Positions 50,401-62,810 of a DNA stretch of 64,000 nt are shown one piece after another. How positions within the stretch are numbered: position 1 is the first letter of the stretch; every line of letters begins with the position of its first letter. The stretch is taken from contig OZ176051.1 in the NCBI GenBank assembly GCA_964247055.1, forward strand, positions 4,836,001 to 4,900,000. Direction: 5' to 3'. Source of the stretch: Paragordius varius. Lineage: Eukaryota; Animalia; Nematomorpha. The notes beneath the pieces were generated by a model. It made no database searches, was not told the origin of the DNA, and was given only the letters and a program-made list of their open reading frames with translations. The translations under genes were made by a program, and so were the position numbers.

Positions 50401-53400
50401 TGTATTGCAACCCTCAAATTCAGATATAGAGCTACGAAAACGCAAACAATGCATGCCCACGAGGCAATCAACACGATTTTATATGGCTATCGAAACTCAA
50501 CACACAGTGCCATTATGAATACACCATCACAAGTCTTTCTGAAGAGACACCCAAATGGTCCGATGTCATGGCTCAAAACACAAACAACTGAGTTTATCGA
50601 TAATGAAATAGAACCGACTCGCCAGTTCGTTCCAAGAGAGAAGGTTTTTATAAAAAATGAAATAGAAAAAGGATGGAGGGCAGGGGAAATATTAGAACGC
50701 CGGGGCCCATTATCATATATGGTAACAGACGAAACAGACAGAGTTCTTAGAAAACACGCTGATCAATTAAAACAAAGAATGGAATGTCCGAGAACAACCA
50801 CGCCAGCGCCCGAAACACCAATTAATTCCGAAGAATATACCTCTACTCCACCAGATCTCGAAGCCATAAACAATAATATACAACCATCGCCAATAGGCAT
50901 AACCACACAGGATAATAACGTAGCTCCAACAACGAATATAGACATGCCTAAACCCAGGTACCCACAACGCCAGCGAAAACCCCCAGACCGCTTTACTATA
51001 GGGGGAAGATAATGTTAATTGGTTATAACCTTAAGTTATATTATTATTATTTATTATATAATTTATATGACATTGTATGTACAAGTATTCTAATTATAGT
51101 TGCCAACTTGATAACCTTAAATTATACGACATTGTATTTAATAAGTAATCTAATGACTATTATATATATGGATATTTTATATGACATTGTATTTGATACA
51201 AATAGTATTCTAATTTATTATTGTAATTTATCCTTGCTAAAATATATAAATACACCTATACCAACACTGAGCTATCAGTTAATAAATGTACTTAATTTGA
51301 GTTATTAATTCATATGTCGTCTCTATTTTAAACGTATTATCACCCTTGAAGAATTTAAATTCATCCTTAAACAATTGACACCATATTTACCATTAAACAA
51401 TTCAAATTCACCCTCAAATAAAATATAAATTTGTTATGATTAAAAATTACCAATCTTTTTATATATTTTTAAAAAATAAAAATTTTGTTTTAAATTAAAA
51501 TAATACTGAACAAATAATAATCTATGGCATAAAGATATATTTCTTATTAATAATGAGTTATTTTAATTCGAAAACAAACAATTTATTTTTAGGGTGAATT
51601 TGAATTGTTCAAGGGTGGTTTTGAACTATAAATGGTATAAATTGCTTTTATTAAGACTAAACTTTACGTAAAAACCCATACCTGATGAGCCAATTCATGA
51701 GTAATTACTATGGCGACACGCTCCTTTTGCGATTCGGAAGTTATGTTTGGTTTATACAACAAATCAACCATGCGATAAGTAACTAAGCCCCAATTTTCCA
51801 TGGCACCCACGGAAAAATCTGGGATTCCAATCAAATCTGTAAAAATGGATTGATGAATAATAAGGAACCGAATTTTTAATAAAGTAAAAAATAGTGTGAA
51901 ACGCTAAGACAAACAGAGAGTTTGTCTGATTGCAGCGTAATATAAAAACTCACTTTTAGGAAAATATTTAAAGATTTGTTATTTAGGATGGAGTCTTATT
52001 GAATATATCCATAATTAAACGATTACACATCTCAAAACATGAAGTGCACATTTAAAGGAACAATTCATCATATTGTTTGTGGCCCAAATATATTATATCA
52101 GCAACTTACAGTAAAAATTAAAATTATACGGTCAAAACGTCAAAAAGACAAATATTTTTTCAAAAGACCGCTGTACTTTTTTGAACTTGATCCTAAATAT
52201 AACACAGTATGTACTTTGCAAGTATGAAATAGCGATGTATATTGGTAACACAACCAATTAAATTGTTTACATAGAAAAAAAATAAGTTTCAACAAATAAT
52301 GGTCTTTTGTTTGTATAATTCCAATTTTTGGAAAATTCCAGTGATATAAATCATATCTATACCAATTTTGGGTAATGGAAACGGTATATCGAAAAAATCA
52401 TTGTAAAAATTTATGGCTTTAACAGCAACGCCCAAAGCAAATTTAGCTTGATCAATTTGTTCTTCGGGTGCATGAACTCCAACCTAAACAAGTATAAATT
52501 CAAATTTATTATGATTCAATTATGAATCAAATCAAATATACTTTTTGTGGCCCTTAACCTTATAAAAATATTTAAGTTAAAAAAGCAACAAATCTTACGC
52601 CATTGAGCTTATGTATAAGATGAATTTTGAATAACAATTGTTAAATATAATTAATTATATTGGTTATGAAACGAATTAACCTGAAATATAATAAATTTTT
52701 ATTGTATTCGCATTCACCAATAAAATTGTTTATATTCACACACGAAGGCACATTTATAATCAGATCAGTTGCGATATTTTATTGTTATAATCTTTAACTT
52801 GTAATTATTTCAATGATTGTCCTACAGAATGTATTGATAAACAACTATTTCATAAAAAGCTGGATAGTTTACGATAGTGCACCATCAAATTAATTGTTAA
52901 ACAACAACAGGAACAACTTATTTTATTAACAAACATCGGATAAAAAGGTTACATATTTACGACCTATAAATTATTGAAAAAATAGTACATAAACTTACAA
53001 GTACTCCATTTCGCGTGGTATCAGTTACAGCCTTAAAATCACAAATGACCCACGCCACCAGGTATGTGCTCATTACTACTGATGTTTCAAACACATCTCT
53101 TTGCAGGTGCACAGAAGCGGGACTAGCCAGTGTTTTAGCCTTTGGCATGTTTGAAAGGGACGTGAGCGATGCTGGTCTATCTATGGCCATGACGAATTTA
53201 GCCTTCCTATCTGGTTCATCCATACAGGGAAAGGCACGCCGAGCATAATTTGGTTCAAATTGAGTTGATAACAAATAACTATAATATGTGTGAGTAGGGA
53301 GAAAAGTTCAACAAATAACGTTTAGTTTAATCTTTACTTTTAAAATATTTTTTTCATCCAAGTACACTATGGGTATTAATGCTGACCTATTCACATTATT

Positions 53401-56400
53401 GTTGGCAAATTGTTAATACAGTAGTATGTTATAAAACTAATTTTGTACATAATACATAAACTTGTTTAATGTTGTAAGATAGGAAAAAAATTTCATTTTA
53501 AGCATTTGTTCTTTTTTACCCTTTAATTGTATTGTCAAATGGCCTAAAATAATGTAAAATGAACAACATTAATGTGCATACTATATGTATTTTTAGCAGG
53601 TAGCATTATGGTATCGTTGAGCCTGTGAGTAGTTATTTTATACATGCAAGTATAAATTAAATAAATAATATTGTATTAAACACAGTAAGATGATAAGTTT
53701 AGACAATATTTTAAATTGTATCATCAAGATCTGGCTAAACTAATCCTATTTTGACACCATTATTTAATAATATTCTACGCAACATATACAAATATTATAT
53801 GACATGCTAAAAGTTAATAAAATGCCCTATGTCCACAAAATATTTAAAAAATTTATTAAAATTTATAAATTCAATATAGGTATCTTCTGAATCCCATGCA
53901 AATTAAAAATGTCGTACGGTTTACACTAAAGATTAGCATGTTAATATGCATATTATCGTAATACAATCAACCAAAGGAAAATACATAAATTATGGTATTC
54001 CAAAACAATTAAAATCGACTCAATATGAGATGTTTTTTCCATGGTTAAATAAATTATACATAGATTAAAGACATTAAACGTCAAAATAAAAATATGCCTG
54101 CCAGTCAGAGATTTAAAACATAAATCGTTTTTAAATTGTTTCGGATTAGGTTTTGCATCATTTTTCCCATCTGATCCAGGTTTGACATATTTTTTTGAAA
54201 AAAAATTAACCCCTGCAAGAAAAACTTGTAAATTACTGTTTTCTCCCTTTTGTATCACTATAGGTACTGGCATACAGTCCATTCAAACTACGACTAATGT
54301 TTCCGTGATACTCAATGTTAAGCGTGTATTGATCACCGGCTCTAAGGGTTTTACCCATTGGTTGTCCTGCTTGTTGGCTTTTCGCCAGCGTTTCAGTCAA
54401 ATCTATGCGGACCATTTCAAATTTATCATCCTCGTAGGTAATGTGTGAAGATGGTATAACAGCTGTAAATGATTTGAGCAATACATTATCATCAACATTA
54501 TTATTGACATTATTTAAAGATTGTGTAGTTTGGTGAGTTTGGAGAGTTACACGGTCAAAACGTAACCCCTTGTTATTGAGCACAATAATGGATGTATCCT
54601 CTATCACAAGAAATGTAAATGCCACACTACCTATATGAAAATTTGCATCACAAAAAGTTTAGAATACATATTATGTCTAAAAAAATATGGCGTAATCGGC
54701 GTTTTTACGTTGATTTTGGCCAAAATATAGCATACATATAAATACTTGCAAGTTTATGTTATTCCATTTGACAATAAAGTCCAGTCTATGGTCTTTAAGG
54801 TTATATTGGGTTAATTATATAATAAATTAAATTACTAAATAATTCATTTAGCTTCTTCCGCGATTTTTTCGTTTTAATTGGTGATACTATGGACATTTTA
54901 CTTAAATTAAAACTATAAGAGTCAACAATTACAGTGATTCATTTAGCCAAACACGATAAAAATTAAAATATTCTGTGAATTCTAAAATCATTCTATTATT
55001 AATTAAATATTTAAACATGCCACATTTCTTCCCTCATACTACCTGTAAATGTTGGTCCGTTCCTGGGTAGGGCTGAATCGACATCCAACCATTCGGGTGA
55101 TATGGTGACATTGTAGGACAATGGTTTAATGCTCCTTGGTAAACGGTATTTGGTATCTTCAAAAAATTGCATATCACTAATCGATTCATTAGCCATCCTG
55201 TAATCATAGGTGTTGGTGATTGCTGGTGAAGTAACTCCACGTAAACCCGAACGCGACAAAGCGGCAGAAAGTGCCAAAATAAACTGCAAATATAATAGAA
55301 TTTAAAATTTAACGGAAAGGATATTAGCTTTTTCACATAAATACATCTATCGACTTTTCTCACAATAATTTATAGGTATATTGTAATTTGATTATTACTT
55401 TAATTATTATTGTAGGGATATATAGTTGATTAGCCAGACTGTTAAGAAACTTAAATTACGATAATATTTGTCATATGGATTATATATGTATATATTTTAT
55501 ATACTATATCATTTATCTATCTACATAATAAAAATATGCCTGAGCTTGTCAATCCGAACTTGGACATAGAGGCATGATTTATATTGAAATACTCATATAT
55601 ATATATATATATATATTGCAATTGTTAAATGTGTAGTATATCCATAATTTTATATAATTATTTTAAAAAAACGGAAAATCACCCAAAACAAATATTTGTT
55701 TAGCAAAAAATCATAATTTGAATTTATAAGAAAATGTGGTATACCCTATACGTTAAATTATTTTATTGTTTTAAAATGAAATGGTAAAAAAAATTTATAT
55801 TAAAAGACGGATATTTTAAAACAATTTCGTTAGCATCTAAATTGGCGATACCACATTATTGATTGTAGGTAATTAAGTGATTGATGCCACAATCCAAAGA
55901 TAAATTTGATAATTTACATAATCACATAAACTTAACTTACATTTTAAATTGAAGCCAAAAAATTACATATTTTAATGAAAAATGGTAATAACCAATATAC
56001 CAAAAAGTTAAAATATGTTAAATTAAGAAACAAGAATAGATAAATATATATTTTTTTAAAAAAAATTTACCATATTAAAATTTCTAAATTTACATTTAGA
56101 ACCATTATTCTTGTATAAAAGTTATATTAAACGAAAAATAAAAAAAATTAAAGAAAAAATTTAAGTTGGATATTTAAGGTTATTTATGTATAATCCTACA
56201 TGGATGGATAAAAATTTTCAATTGTTTTATCATCATCATGAACATTATTGTGAATTTTGAATGATATAATTAAAAAATTTTTTTATAGTTTTTTAAATAT
56301 GGTAAAAACATTTAATGCCATATAACCTCATTAAACCAAAATTATAAAATTTTTGAAAAGGATATATATATATATATATATAACATTTCAAATATAAGCG

Positions 56401-57394
56401 TGGTTTATGAAATTTACCAAATTTAATCCTTAACAGATTAGACCTATTCTTTATTCTTAATCTTCCATAAGCCAAAGTTTTGACGGTTAATTCGCACATG
56501 AGCCGTTAATGATTAGACATTTTTTTTTTCAAAAGAACTAACTGATGAGTTGAAAAAATGAAAAATTATTAAATTTTACAATCAGTGAATAAAAAATTTT
56601 TTTATAATTAAAATCATTTTGTATCCCTTAAAAGTAGAGATTGGAAAAATATCGTGATTAGAATGGTTGATTCTAAATATTTATTAAAGTAAAAAATTAA
56701 TTTAATATCTCAAAGTTTAGTTGCTGCAAACAAGGAAAACACCCATAAATCCAATCAATCGTCCGTTCAATTTACAATCCTTAGTCTCTTGTTTTGTTTA
56801 ATATAATGTAAAAAATTGTTAGTTATATTACAATTTATAAGCTACTACAAAATATATTATCTCACAATATACACAACAAGTTGTAAATTATGCAAAATAT
56901 ATCTTTACAAAAACAACTATACATCCGTAATTTTAGTTTATTTTTAATGTTGGCTCAAGTAGTGATTGATAAAATATAATTAATTGGTCTTTTATGCTCG
57001 CTGACAAACCTAAAAATATCCATCCAAAATTTTATTTTAATAATAAAAATCATTATCCGTATTTTGATTTTAAATCAATCAATAATATTTACACCTAAAG
57101 TAAAGTAAAGTAATTAACCTTATGTGTATATAAAAATTTGTTTGCAATTATACTATACTATGCATTAATTAAACAAAAATTATATATTTAAATACATACA
57201 TACAAACAAATATGCAAATTTGGTTGTTGGTTATTTAAAAAATATAGTCATCATCCTCAGAGAGTTAATAATAATATTTTTATGATTATTAAATATTGCA
57301 TGTGTGGAAGAATGTCAAATTCGGATAACGCAATTTTTAATTAAATATTAATTAATTCGCAATTAATGTTTAATACCGAAATTCATAATTTGTC

Positions 57395-57433
<39 letters not shown>

Positions 57434-58766
57434 AATATCAATGAATAAATTTCAAATTATGGATAAATTGCGCTAAAAATTGAAAAAATAATTAGATTAT
57501 GTCGTTTAAATCTATCGATAAAAAATTTCAAAAAAGTTACAAAGTTGGCTATTCAATTTTTTGTTCCTTTTAAGCATAGTTATGGTAATAAGCTTACGCT
57601 AAAGCATACTAATAAAAAAATGTGTTACAGTGTCCAGTTAAATAAATTAATAAAGGGTAGGCAGGATTAATTTTAAATTTAAAAATTAAAAATGAAAGAT
57701 GCGCACACGCATGGTTACATACCCTTATTAAAGATGGAAATAATGTAGAAACTTGATTAGGATAAGTTAATGATTCTCTTTGATTCTGTAAATATTGATG
57801 GCTCAAGGAAGGCCTATCATAAAAACGTGCATAATGAAAATGATAAGAAGGATTAACGCCGTTTAAATAAAATTGTTTTTCAATAAACACAGAATTATTA
57901 TTTAGATAGTTATGATGTGTATTATACAAATTCATGAGGAGACAATTCAATCACTAAAAATCATTATGGATAGATTCATAAAGAAAATGGCCCGTAAAAG
58001 TATCAAACTGTTTTATTATATACGTTTGTAATATAAAAGAATCAAATATTCTAATGAAACAAATTTTTTAAGAATAAAACATAATTAAAAAATTTGAATA
58101 AGGAAAAAGTTTACTATATTTATAGGATGTATATTTTCAAAATCAAAACCCAAACACCTGTACAAATAAAATGTTTTTTTTTCATATTAAAATTAAAAAT
58201 AAATAATTTTATTTATAAATAAACCAAATTATTAAAATAAAATTGTAAAATTCGCAAAAGATATTTTATTATTATGGATCCACTAAAAAGAGTATTTTTT
58301 TGAATATGTTAAAAATTTATTTAGCAACGTTTTCAAATATCATGGTATTTTAAAAATGTTGAATGGATGTCATGTCCAATTAACTTAATTTTGGACATAG
58401 GAAAAGGGTAATAATTGATTAATAAAAAATATAATTCAGTAACATAGACAATAATCAATCCAATTTATATAACTAAATTAACGCGTAAAATAATTATATT
58501 ATTAAAATTGCAGAAACTCTTATCCTTAATAATATAAATTAAAGAGAATTACTATGAGAATCAAAATAGCCATAATAATCAATATAGACTTTCTGGATGA
58601 TAAACGTTTAATTTTGAGATAAGCCAAATCCGGATGGTCATATAAAGGTTTTTTCTCGTATCCTGATACGAATTCCAAGCGTGAATCGCCTAAAATTAAC
58701 AAATAAAATTGTACCTGGAAAGCTATCAATGTCTCGCTTATTAATTTTAGTAAAATGACTTGTCAT
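41404..58766 (-). CDS. M1 family zinc aminopeptidase (aminopeptidase N-like), paralog 2, type II membrane-anchored
   Basis: ATG 58766, 25-nt intron 58690-58714, signal anchor [14 protein letters not shown]|[51 protein letters not shown]|[26 protein letters not shown]; ends WLKKHIPSY*. Exon structure parallels paralog 1. Confidence 0.92.
43136..43707. mobile_element. MITE of the TATACCATTT/21-bp-repeat group, different subfamily
   Basis: Ends tattccatttgcac...gtgcaaatggtata; subterminal 21-bp repeats cttgaacacttcaagttggtc in both arms. Confidence 0.8.
47198..47206 (+). other. Primer-binding site complementary to the tRNA-His 3' end
   Basis: TGGTGCCGT matches the reverse complement of ...ACGGCACCA for 9 nt, directly abutting the 5' LTR. 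Confidence 0.65.
47209..51012 (+). CDS. Gag-Pol polyprotein (Gag with two Cys/His knuckles, PR, RT, RNase H, integrase)
   Basis: CQRCG...H...C and [14 protein letters not shown]; LFDTGA; YLDD; TDAS...DHKPL; H...H...C..C then D,D,E integrase. First ATG at 47209 (the ORF track starts at TTG 47197). Confidence 0.95.
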   Translation: MDEISKISINEYDPNTNFKQYLKHVNRILIAKNINPNDEILKNLFLAYAGLHTISKLENQAFPTKIEEMTWAQIQKLAMQIFAPDKSIWLSRKEFFKTTRQEGEPIMSYMERLKVLADDCDFEGNISYLLRDVFLIGLNMPILERELHIRFPTGQNEGEPVSLQMVIDMAHSLEVIEPKVLKIRQERTIHQRDCQRCGKCHAIDKCSAKGQRCYKCGKYNHFAKYCRTKYPTKPGIRAVTNSTGMGPTITVQLNGIETSMLFDTGADVTVINERCWKSTGQPRLEVGQRLSTYNNETIPTMGKTELRVTMNGMTKTLECFVTEGDRPLIFGLPWIRAFALNLPDNVMINNITNKSIYNQYNRLFSDGLGCLKDMEVSIAIRNNATPKIYPCRRVPLPLQERVEKELDRLINLGILRKIDPNRERISWATPTVNILKPNGQIRICADFRISLNPHLLPDSHVIPTFDELISRTAQGTVFTSLDLKDAYLQIPIKQSSQPLLTITTHQGFYCYQRLPFGLTTAPHIFQRIMDNLIGDIPGICIYLDDILISGKTRTEHDATLTRVLQRLEAAGLKLSRDKLQLAVSSVNYMGYEISKNGIRPTNDKIQALINCPRPTNKTELRSFLGLLNFHERFIPNLHQAICNLHRNTGSSRPWAWTEIEEEEFQSAKQLMINYNTLIPYNPNWPILIETDASNKGFGAILLHITPEGKRPISYASRKCTDAETNYSTIEKEAKAITYAIEKFKPFIYGRKFKIITDHKPLIGLFGRTRNLQNINNAKLLRWIYKTSGYDYEIEYKKGQNNLADALSRLPNNDNTMEVQNEDDEVSHTVKFLTMNKFNLSKELVEEEIRLDPLANKLKSAIRTNDWSDPSIKEFLKVKNEIQIYYNLLFVNDRLLIPTSLQRDVMKFLHTGHNGAQSMKQQARQSIYWPNLEKDLENFVETCEPCQRNKPNIKENPTWKWNFNTALWERIHIDIAGPIDGYFWLVTIDSASRWVEVDLLKSITSQQLLNCLEKHMARFGFPRQIVTDNGPYFTSHEFRSTLHNLNIKHILVSPYHPKSNGLVERCIATLKFRYRATKTQTMHAHEAINTILYGYRNSTHSAIMNTPSQVFLKRHPNGPMSWLKTQTTEFIDNEIEPTRQFVPREKVFIKNEIEKGWRAGEILERRGPLSYMVTDETDRVLRKHADQLKQRMECPRTTTPAPETPINSEEYTSTPPDLEAINNNIQPSPIGITTQDNNVAPTTNIDMPKPRYPQRQRKPPDRFTIGGR

Positions 58767-59769
58767 ATTGCTTAAAGTTATATATTTAAATAATCTATTT
58801 TAACATGCAAATTTTTTTAATTTTCTGGTTTTGTGAATCAAAAATCATCGGATGACAACATATGTAAGAATGTTTTGTCAAATAAATACCGTATTTTAGG
58901 AAAACATAAATAATGAAATATAATGATCTAATAAATTATTACGAACTGTATCTTTACAGAATCATTTAAATATCGATTTTCTATATCATCTATATCCATA
59001 AATTAATTAAAATGTTAGTTTGCGAAAATAAGAAGAATGTGTGGGCTCATTGAGTTTTAATAGTTACTCTTTATTTAAATGCGCTGACGGTGAATAAACC
59101 CTTTTTAAATTAAAACCTCAGTTTATTCCCAAACTAATGAAAATGGGGATTTTGAAAGAATCTGAAAAACGTGTGAGCACAGTTATTTTAATTAGAGTTA
59201 TTTTTTTATTATTTTACAATTGGGACAGTGATTAAAAGCTTTTTTCGATTCAACCACCACAATTAAGCCCTACATATTGGTATAATAGCAGCTTAAAAAT
59301 AATATTGACAATGAAGCAATATTTTCGAATACGTTTGTGCCCATGAAAGTTAAATGGGTAGTTTTATTATTGATGCGCCGAGTATGACTAAGGAATTATT
59401 TGAATTAGCCCCTCTACACAGCCGCCGATGTATTGACGGGTTTTTTTCAAATATTAGTTTTCCATACATTCGTGAAAAACTTGGACGCAGTTAATTTTGA
59501 AAGTTTTATAAATACGTCCCCCTGAGTAAGCCTTTCATTTGTCCACAAAAAAATAACTGTTAAAATATATATTAATACCAAAATGTATCAAGATTATCTT
59601 GGTGTTTTTGGTTTTCGACCTTATGAGTGATATAAAGTTATTTAAACTTTTGTTGTAAGTGTTTCATGACAAAATTTAAGCACATTTTTTAAAATAAAAA
59701 AATTTTTTTGGTTTAATCTATATGCTTTATTCCAAAAAATATAACTAAAATACTTATAGTTCCGTTGGT

Positions 59770-60760
59770 GGAATGGTGATAAAAAAAATTTTTTGACTTG
59801 ACTTGCAAGTTTTTCATGTCATGGCTTGCTTCATGTTATAAAAAAATTTATTAGACCACTTAAGTCAAACAAGATGATTTGGAGGTGATAAAAATTATAT
59901 GATCAAGTAAAACTTATAGATTTTGCAAGTGTGGTGTAGGGCACACTTAACAGATTTAAAAATATGGATAAAATTATTTTGGAAACTATTTATGTATATT
60001 GTATAAAATTTAGGTTTGATATGTAATTCAAACCTTTGTTAACGCTAAAAAATGTTAATTTAATAAATTTTGGCTAATTAACCTATTCATTAGGTGAAAA
60101 AAAGAGGATAAATTTGAAAAGCTCTGCTAATAAAGAGCATGGCATTAAAAATACACTAAAATCTTTGTGAACGCAAAAAATTTTTTTTCGAAAATATATT
60201 AAACTTAAAAATTAAATATTAATCTTGTAAAATTTCAAATCGTCGTTTATTAAACGCAAGGTTACTTCACTATTAACTAAAGAATTTATTTCATCATAAA
60301 TTTATTTCGAATGATGTTAATAATCAATTAATAATAATATGTTATATTGTTTAAACATCTTCCCATTATACTTGCAAAGGGACTCCTAAATGAGTAGTCA
60401 GGTAAATGATAGAGAGTGTGTAAGGGCGAATGGTTTCAACTTAAAAGTTATTACCAGGCTCAATATTTAGATAAAATTATATTATTAAATAATACGCAAT
60501 GAGTTTAAAAAACTTCAATAAATCCATATTGTAATAATTGTTTATCTTCTTGTGCCTTATTTCATGAATTTTGACTGAAAATGATCAAAATAATTTCCGT
60601 AAAATTCGAATTGGGTGGTCAAAAAATGTTAAATTCTTAAGCAAAAGACTTGACTTAAGTGTTTTTTATCACCGATCTTCTAGTGTACACTTGTTAGCTT
60701 AAGTAAACTTGCTCAACTTGCCCCGCTTGATTTACAAGTCAAGTGCAGCTTTTTTATCAC
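59770..60760. repeat. Degenerate MITE-like element with inverted ends
   Basis: ggtgataaaaaaa...gacttgacttgcaagt (~59775-59810) pairs with tacaagtcaagt...tttttatcacc (~60733-60761); the motif is repeated internally. Confidence 0.4.
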
Positions 60761-61629
60761 CCCACCCTTTATTTAAATTTTTTTGCTAAATAAGGGCATC
60801 ATCCCCAAATACGTCTCTTTATAAAAATGACCTATCATGCAGCAGTTTTAAAAAGCACTATAAGTAATAATCATTTTTTCGTAACAAAAATTTAGCCTAG
60901 TTTATAAATGCTCCTTCGTTCTCCACTTGATAAGTATTATCTACTATATTTTTTAATGCATATCTTTTTCCTTCTAATTCAATATCAAAATGTGATTTGG
61001 TTCGCATGTTAATTGTAACTGAGTGCACTCGATTAAAGTTTTCTTGGAAGGGTGTTTAATTATTTGTAGTTAAAAATCTAAAAAATCTTATGTATTTTAT
61101 TTGGATGGTGTTACCATATATCTAATTCATATAATGATTAAATAAAATAATGATTGCATTTTTATTAGGTTTATTATATCAATATTATCGCTTTTATTTT
61201 AGTACCATTGAAAAAGATACCTCCATAGAGAAAATTTTGGTTATAGTGCTATTATTATTTCAAAAATTTTTTATTTGTTTTAGCCAATTTAAATGACTCA
61301 TTTAGTTTTTATTTATCATTTTAAAGTAGTAAATTTGGCGATGAAAATCTCTTGAATGCAAAGTTCAATGTAATTAATATACCTCCTGTAATCTCCATGA
61401 TTATTATAAATCTACTAATTATCGATCCCAAAAACTCTGAATGACAAAAATTAATTTACAAACGTCCTTCCCTTCAAATTGTAGTAATTGGAGACACCAG
61501 GCCAAAATCAAATATTTCAAAAAAATATAATAAATTGAAACTATTGCACAAGTTGCTCCAATATAACATTAATGATCTGAAATATTAAAATAGGTCATTC
61601 AAAAAATTTTAAATTATTTATTTTATGGA

Positions 61630-62060
61630 TAAACCAAAAGGTAAAAATTTATCCAAAATGACATGTCATTAGGTAAGTATAAAAATAATAAAAAATAAAC
61701 ATTTTTTTGTTCATTTTTATGTTAAATGTGATTTTTACAATGTAACTTTATAGCTTTAACGTTAAAAAAACATTTTGCAAAATCTCGTAGGCTTGAATGT
61801 GTTTGTTAGAGCCTTTTTTCTAAAACTTTTATTTAAATAATTTAGCTTATTCATATAAATTCATTAGGGTAGAAGCAGAAATACAAATTGGACCTTCAAT
61901 ATTTTTTTATAATATCAATTTAAATTGGTCTAATGTTATATAGGTGCAAACATTTTGATTTTAATTTATTGCATATCTTTTAAAATATTAAATTTTAAAC
62001 AAACCTGAAGTCATAAATAACCCTAATTTTAATCTAAGGAAATCAATATGTTGTATTTTA
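61630..62060. mobile_element. Old, diverged copy of the TTAA-MITE family carrying the nested-composite junction
   Basis: The 3' part of the MITE (aaacc.aaaggtaaaaattt...gtagaagca...caatttaaat) is directly followed by taatgttatataggtgcaaa...ttttaaaca, the same order as at 1200-1720. Confidence 0.55.
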
Positions 62061-62239
62061 AATATGCTGAGTTTACCAAAAATAACCAGATAAATTATAC
62101 ATATTCTAGGAAATTGTATCAGGAATTATATGTCCCTTTGCCCCTACAAGCGATTTTAGAAACTACACTTTTATGGCTACACCTACATATCAGAAAATGG
62201 CAAAATTTGCACGCATTTTATAATTAAAATTTTGTAGAT

Positions 62240-62745
62240 TTTATAAGCTAACACTTTGATTCGAATCGGGATATCTAGGGACCCTAAACCATATTGAATG
62301 TATATTGCTTCTACCTTAATAAAATTTATATAAAAAAGCCAACATGTCAAAATGTAATTTAGTTTTTTTAAAAAAAAGCTCCATATCAAACTACTTCGGT
62401 GCTATTTATATTTATATCGTCCAATTTTATTCTAACGCTAAGATTCAAGCTAATATTTTCTTTCAATCACCTCTAAAATTGTAAACAGGAATTTTGGTTT
62501 TTTGTATTACTTGTATATTTAGCTATTTCACACATGTATTGTTAATTAAATTTTTATTGAGGTTTATCCATAAAGTTAAATCAAGATTTTTTAATTTGTT
62601 TTATATTTTGATGATTCAATGTTATATAACGGCAAACGTTTGCAATGGAATTCCATATTTTTAGATATGATTTTAAACAGGCATGGAGTCCCTGAAAACC
62701 TTAAGGAACGGAAAACTAAAATGAATGTTTTGAATCCAAGTGTTT
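62240..62745 (-). mobile_element. Degenerate reverse-oriented TTAA-MITE copy
   Basis: taacactttgattcgaatcggg start, aagctccatatcaaactacttcg middle, ttttaaacaggcatgg...atccaagtgt end. Confidence 0.55.
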
Positions 62746-62810
62746 TTCTCTAGGTAAAAGACTTTCCCAAAATGTCATGGGGTAAAATGTAGCAAACATA
62801 AAAGTATTAA

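Larger units (their letters stand above)
46870..51340 (+). mobile_element. Intact Ty3/Gypsy LTR retrotransposon (Mag-like), 4471 bp
   Basis: 328-bp LTRs at 46870-47197 and 51013-51340, identical by eye; PBS TGGTGCCGT at 47198; PPT at 51000-51009; 4-bp TSD CACC; one uninterrupted ORF. Confidence 0.96.
46844..51639. mobile_element. TATACCATTT/21-bp-repeat MITE (~320 bp) split by the Gypsy insertion
   Basis: Left stub tatacaatttacaattcaaattcacc (46844-46869); the rest resumes at 51341 and ends ...gaactataaatggtata. Homologous to 24865-25218. Confidence 0.82.

Noticed and set aside
47525-50967. Antisense ORFs up to 238 aa within the Gypsy element
   Set aside because: Shadow frames of the gag-pol ORF with no recognisable domain.
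51012-51308. 98-aa hydrophobic ORF after pol (possible env)
   Set aside because: It lies entirely within the AT-rich 3' LTR, with the same sequence in the 5' LTR; no env features.
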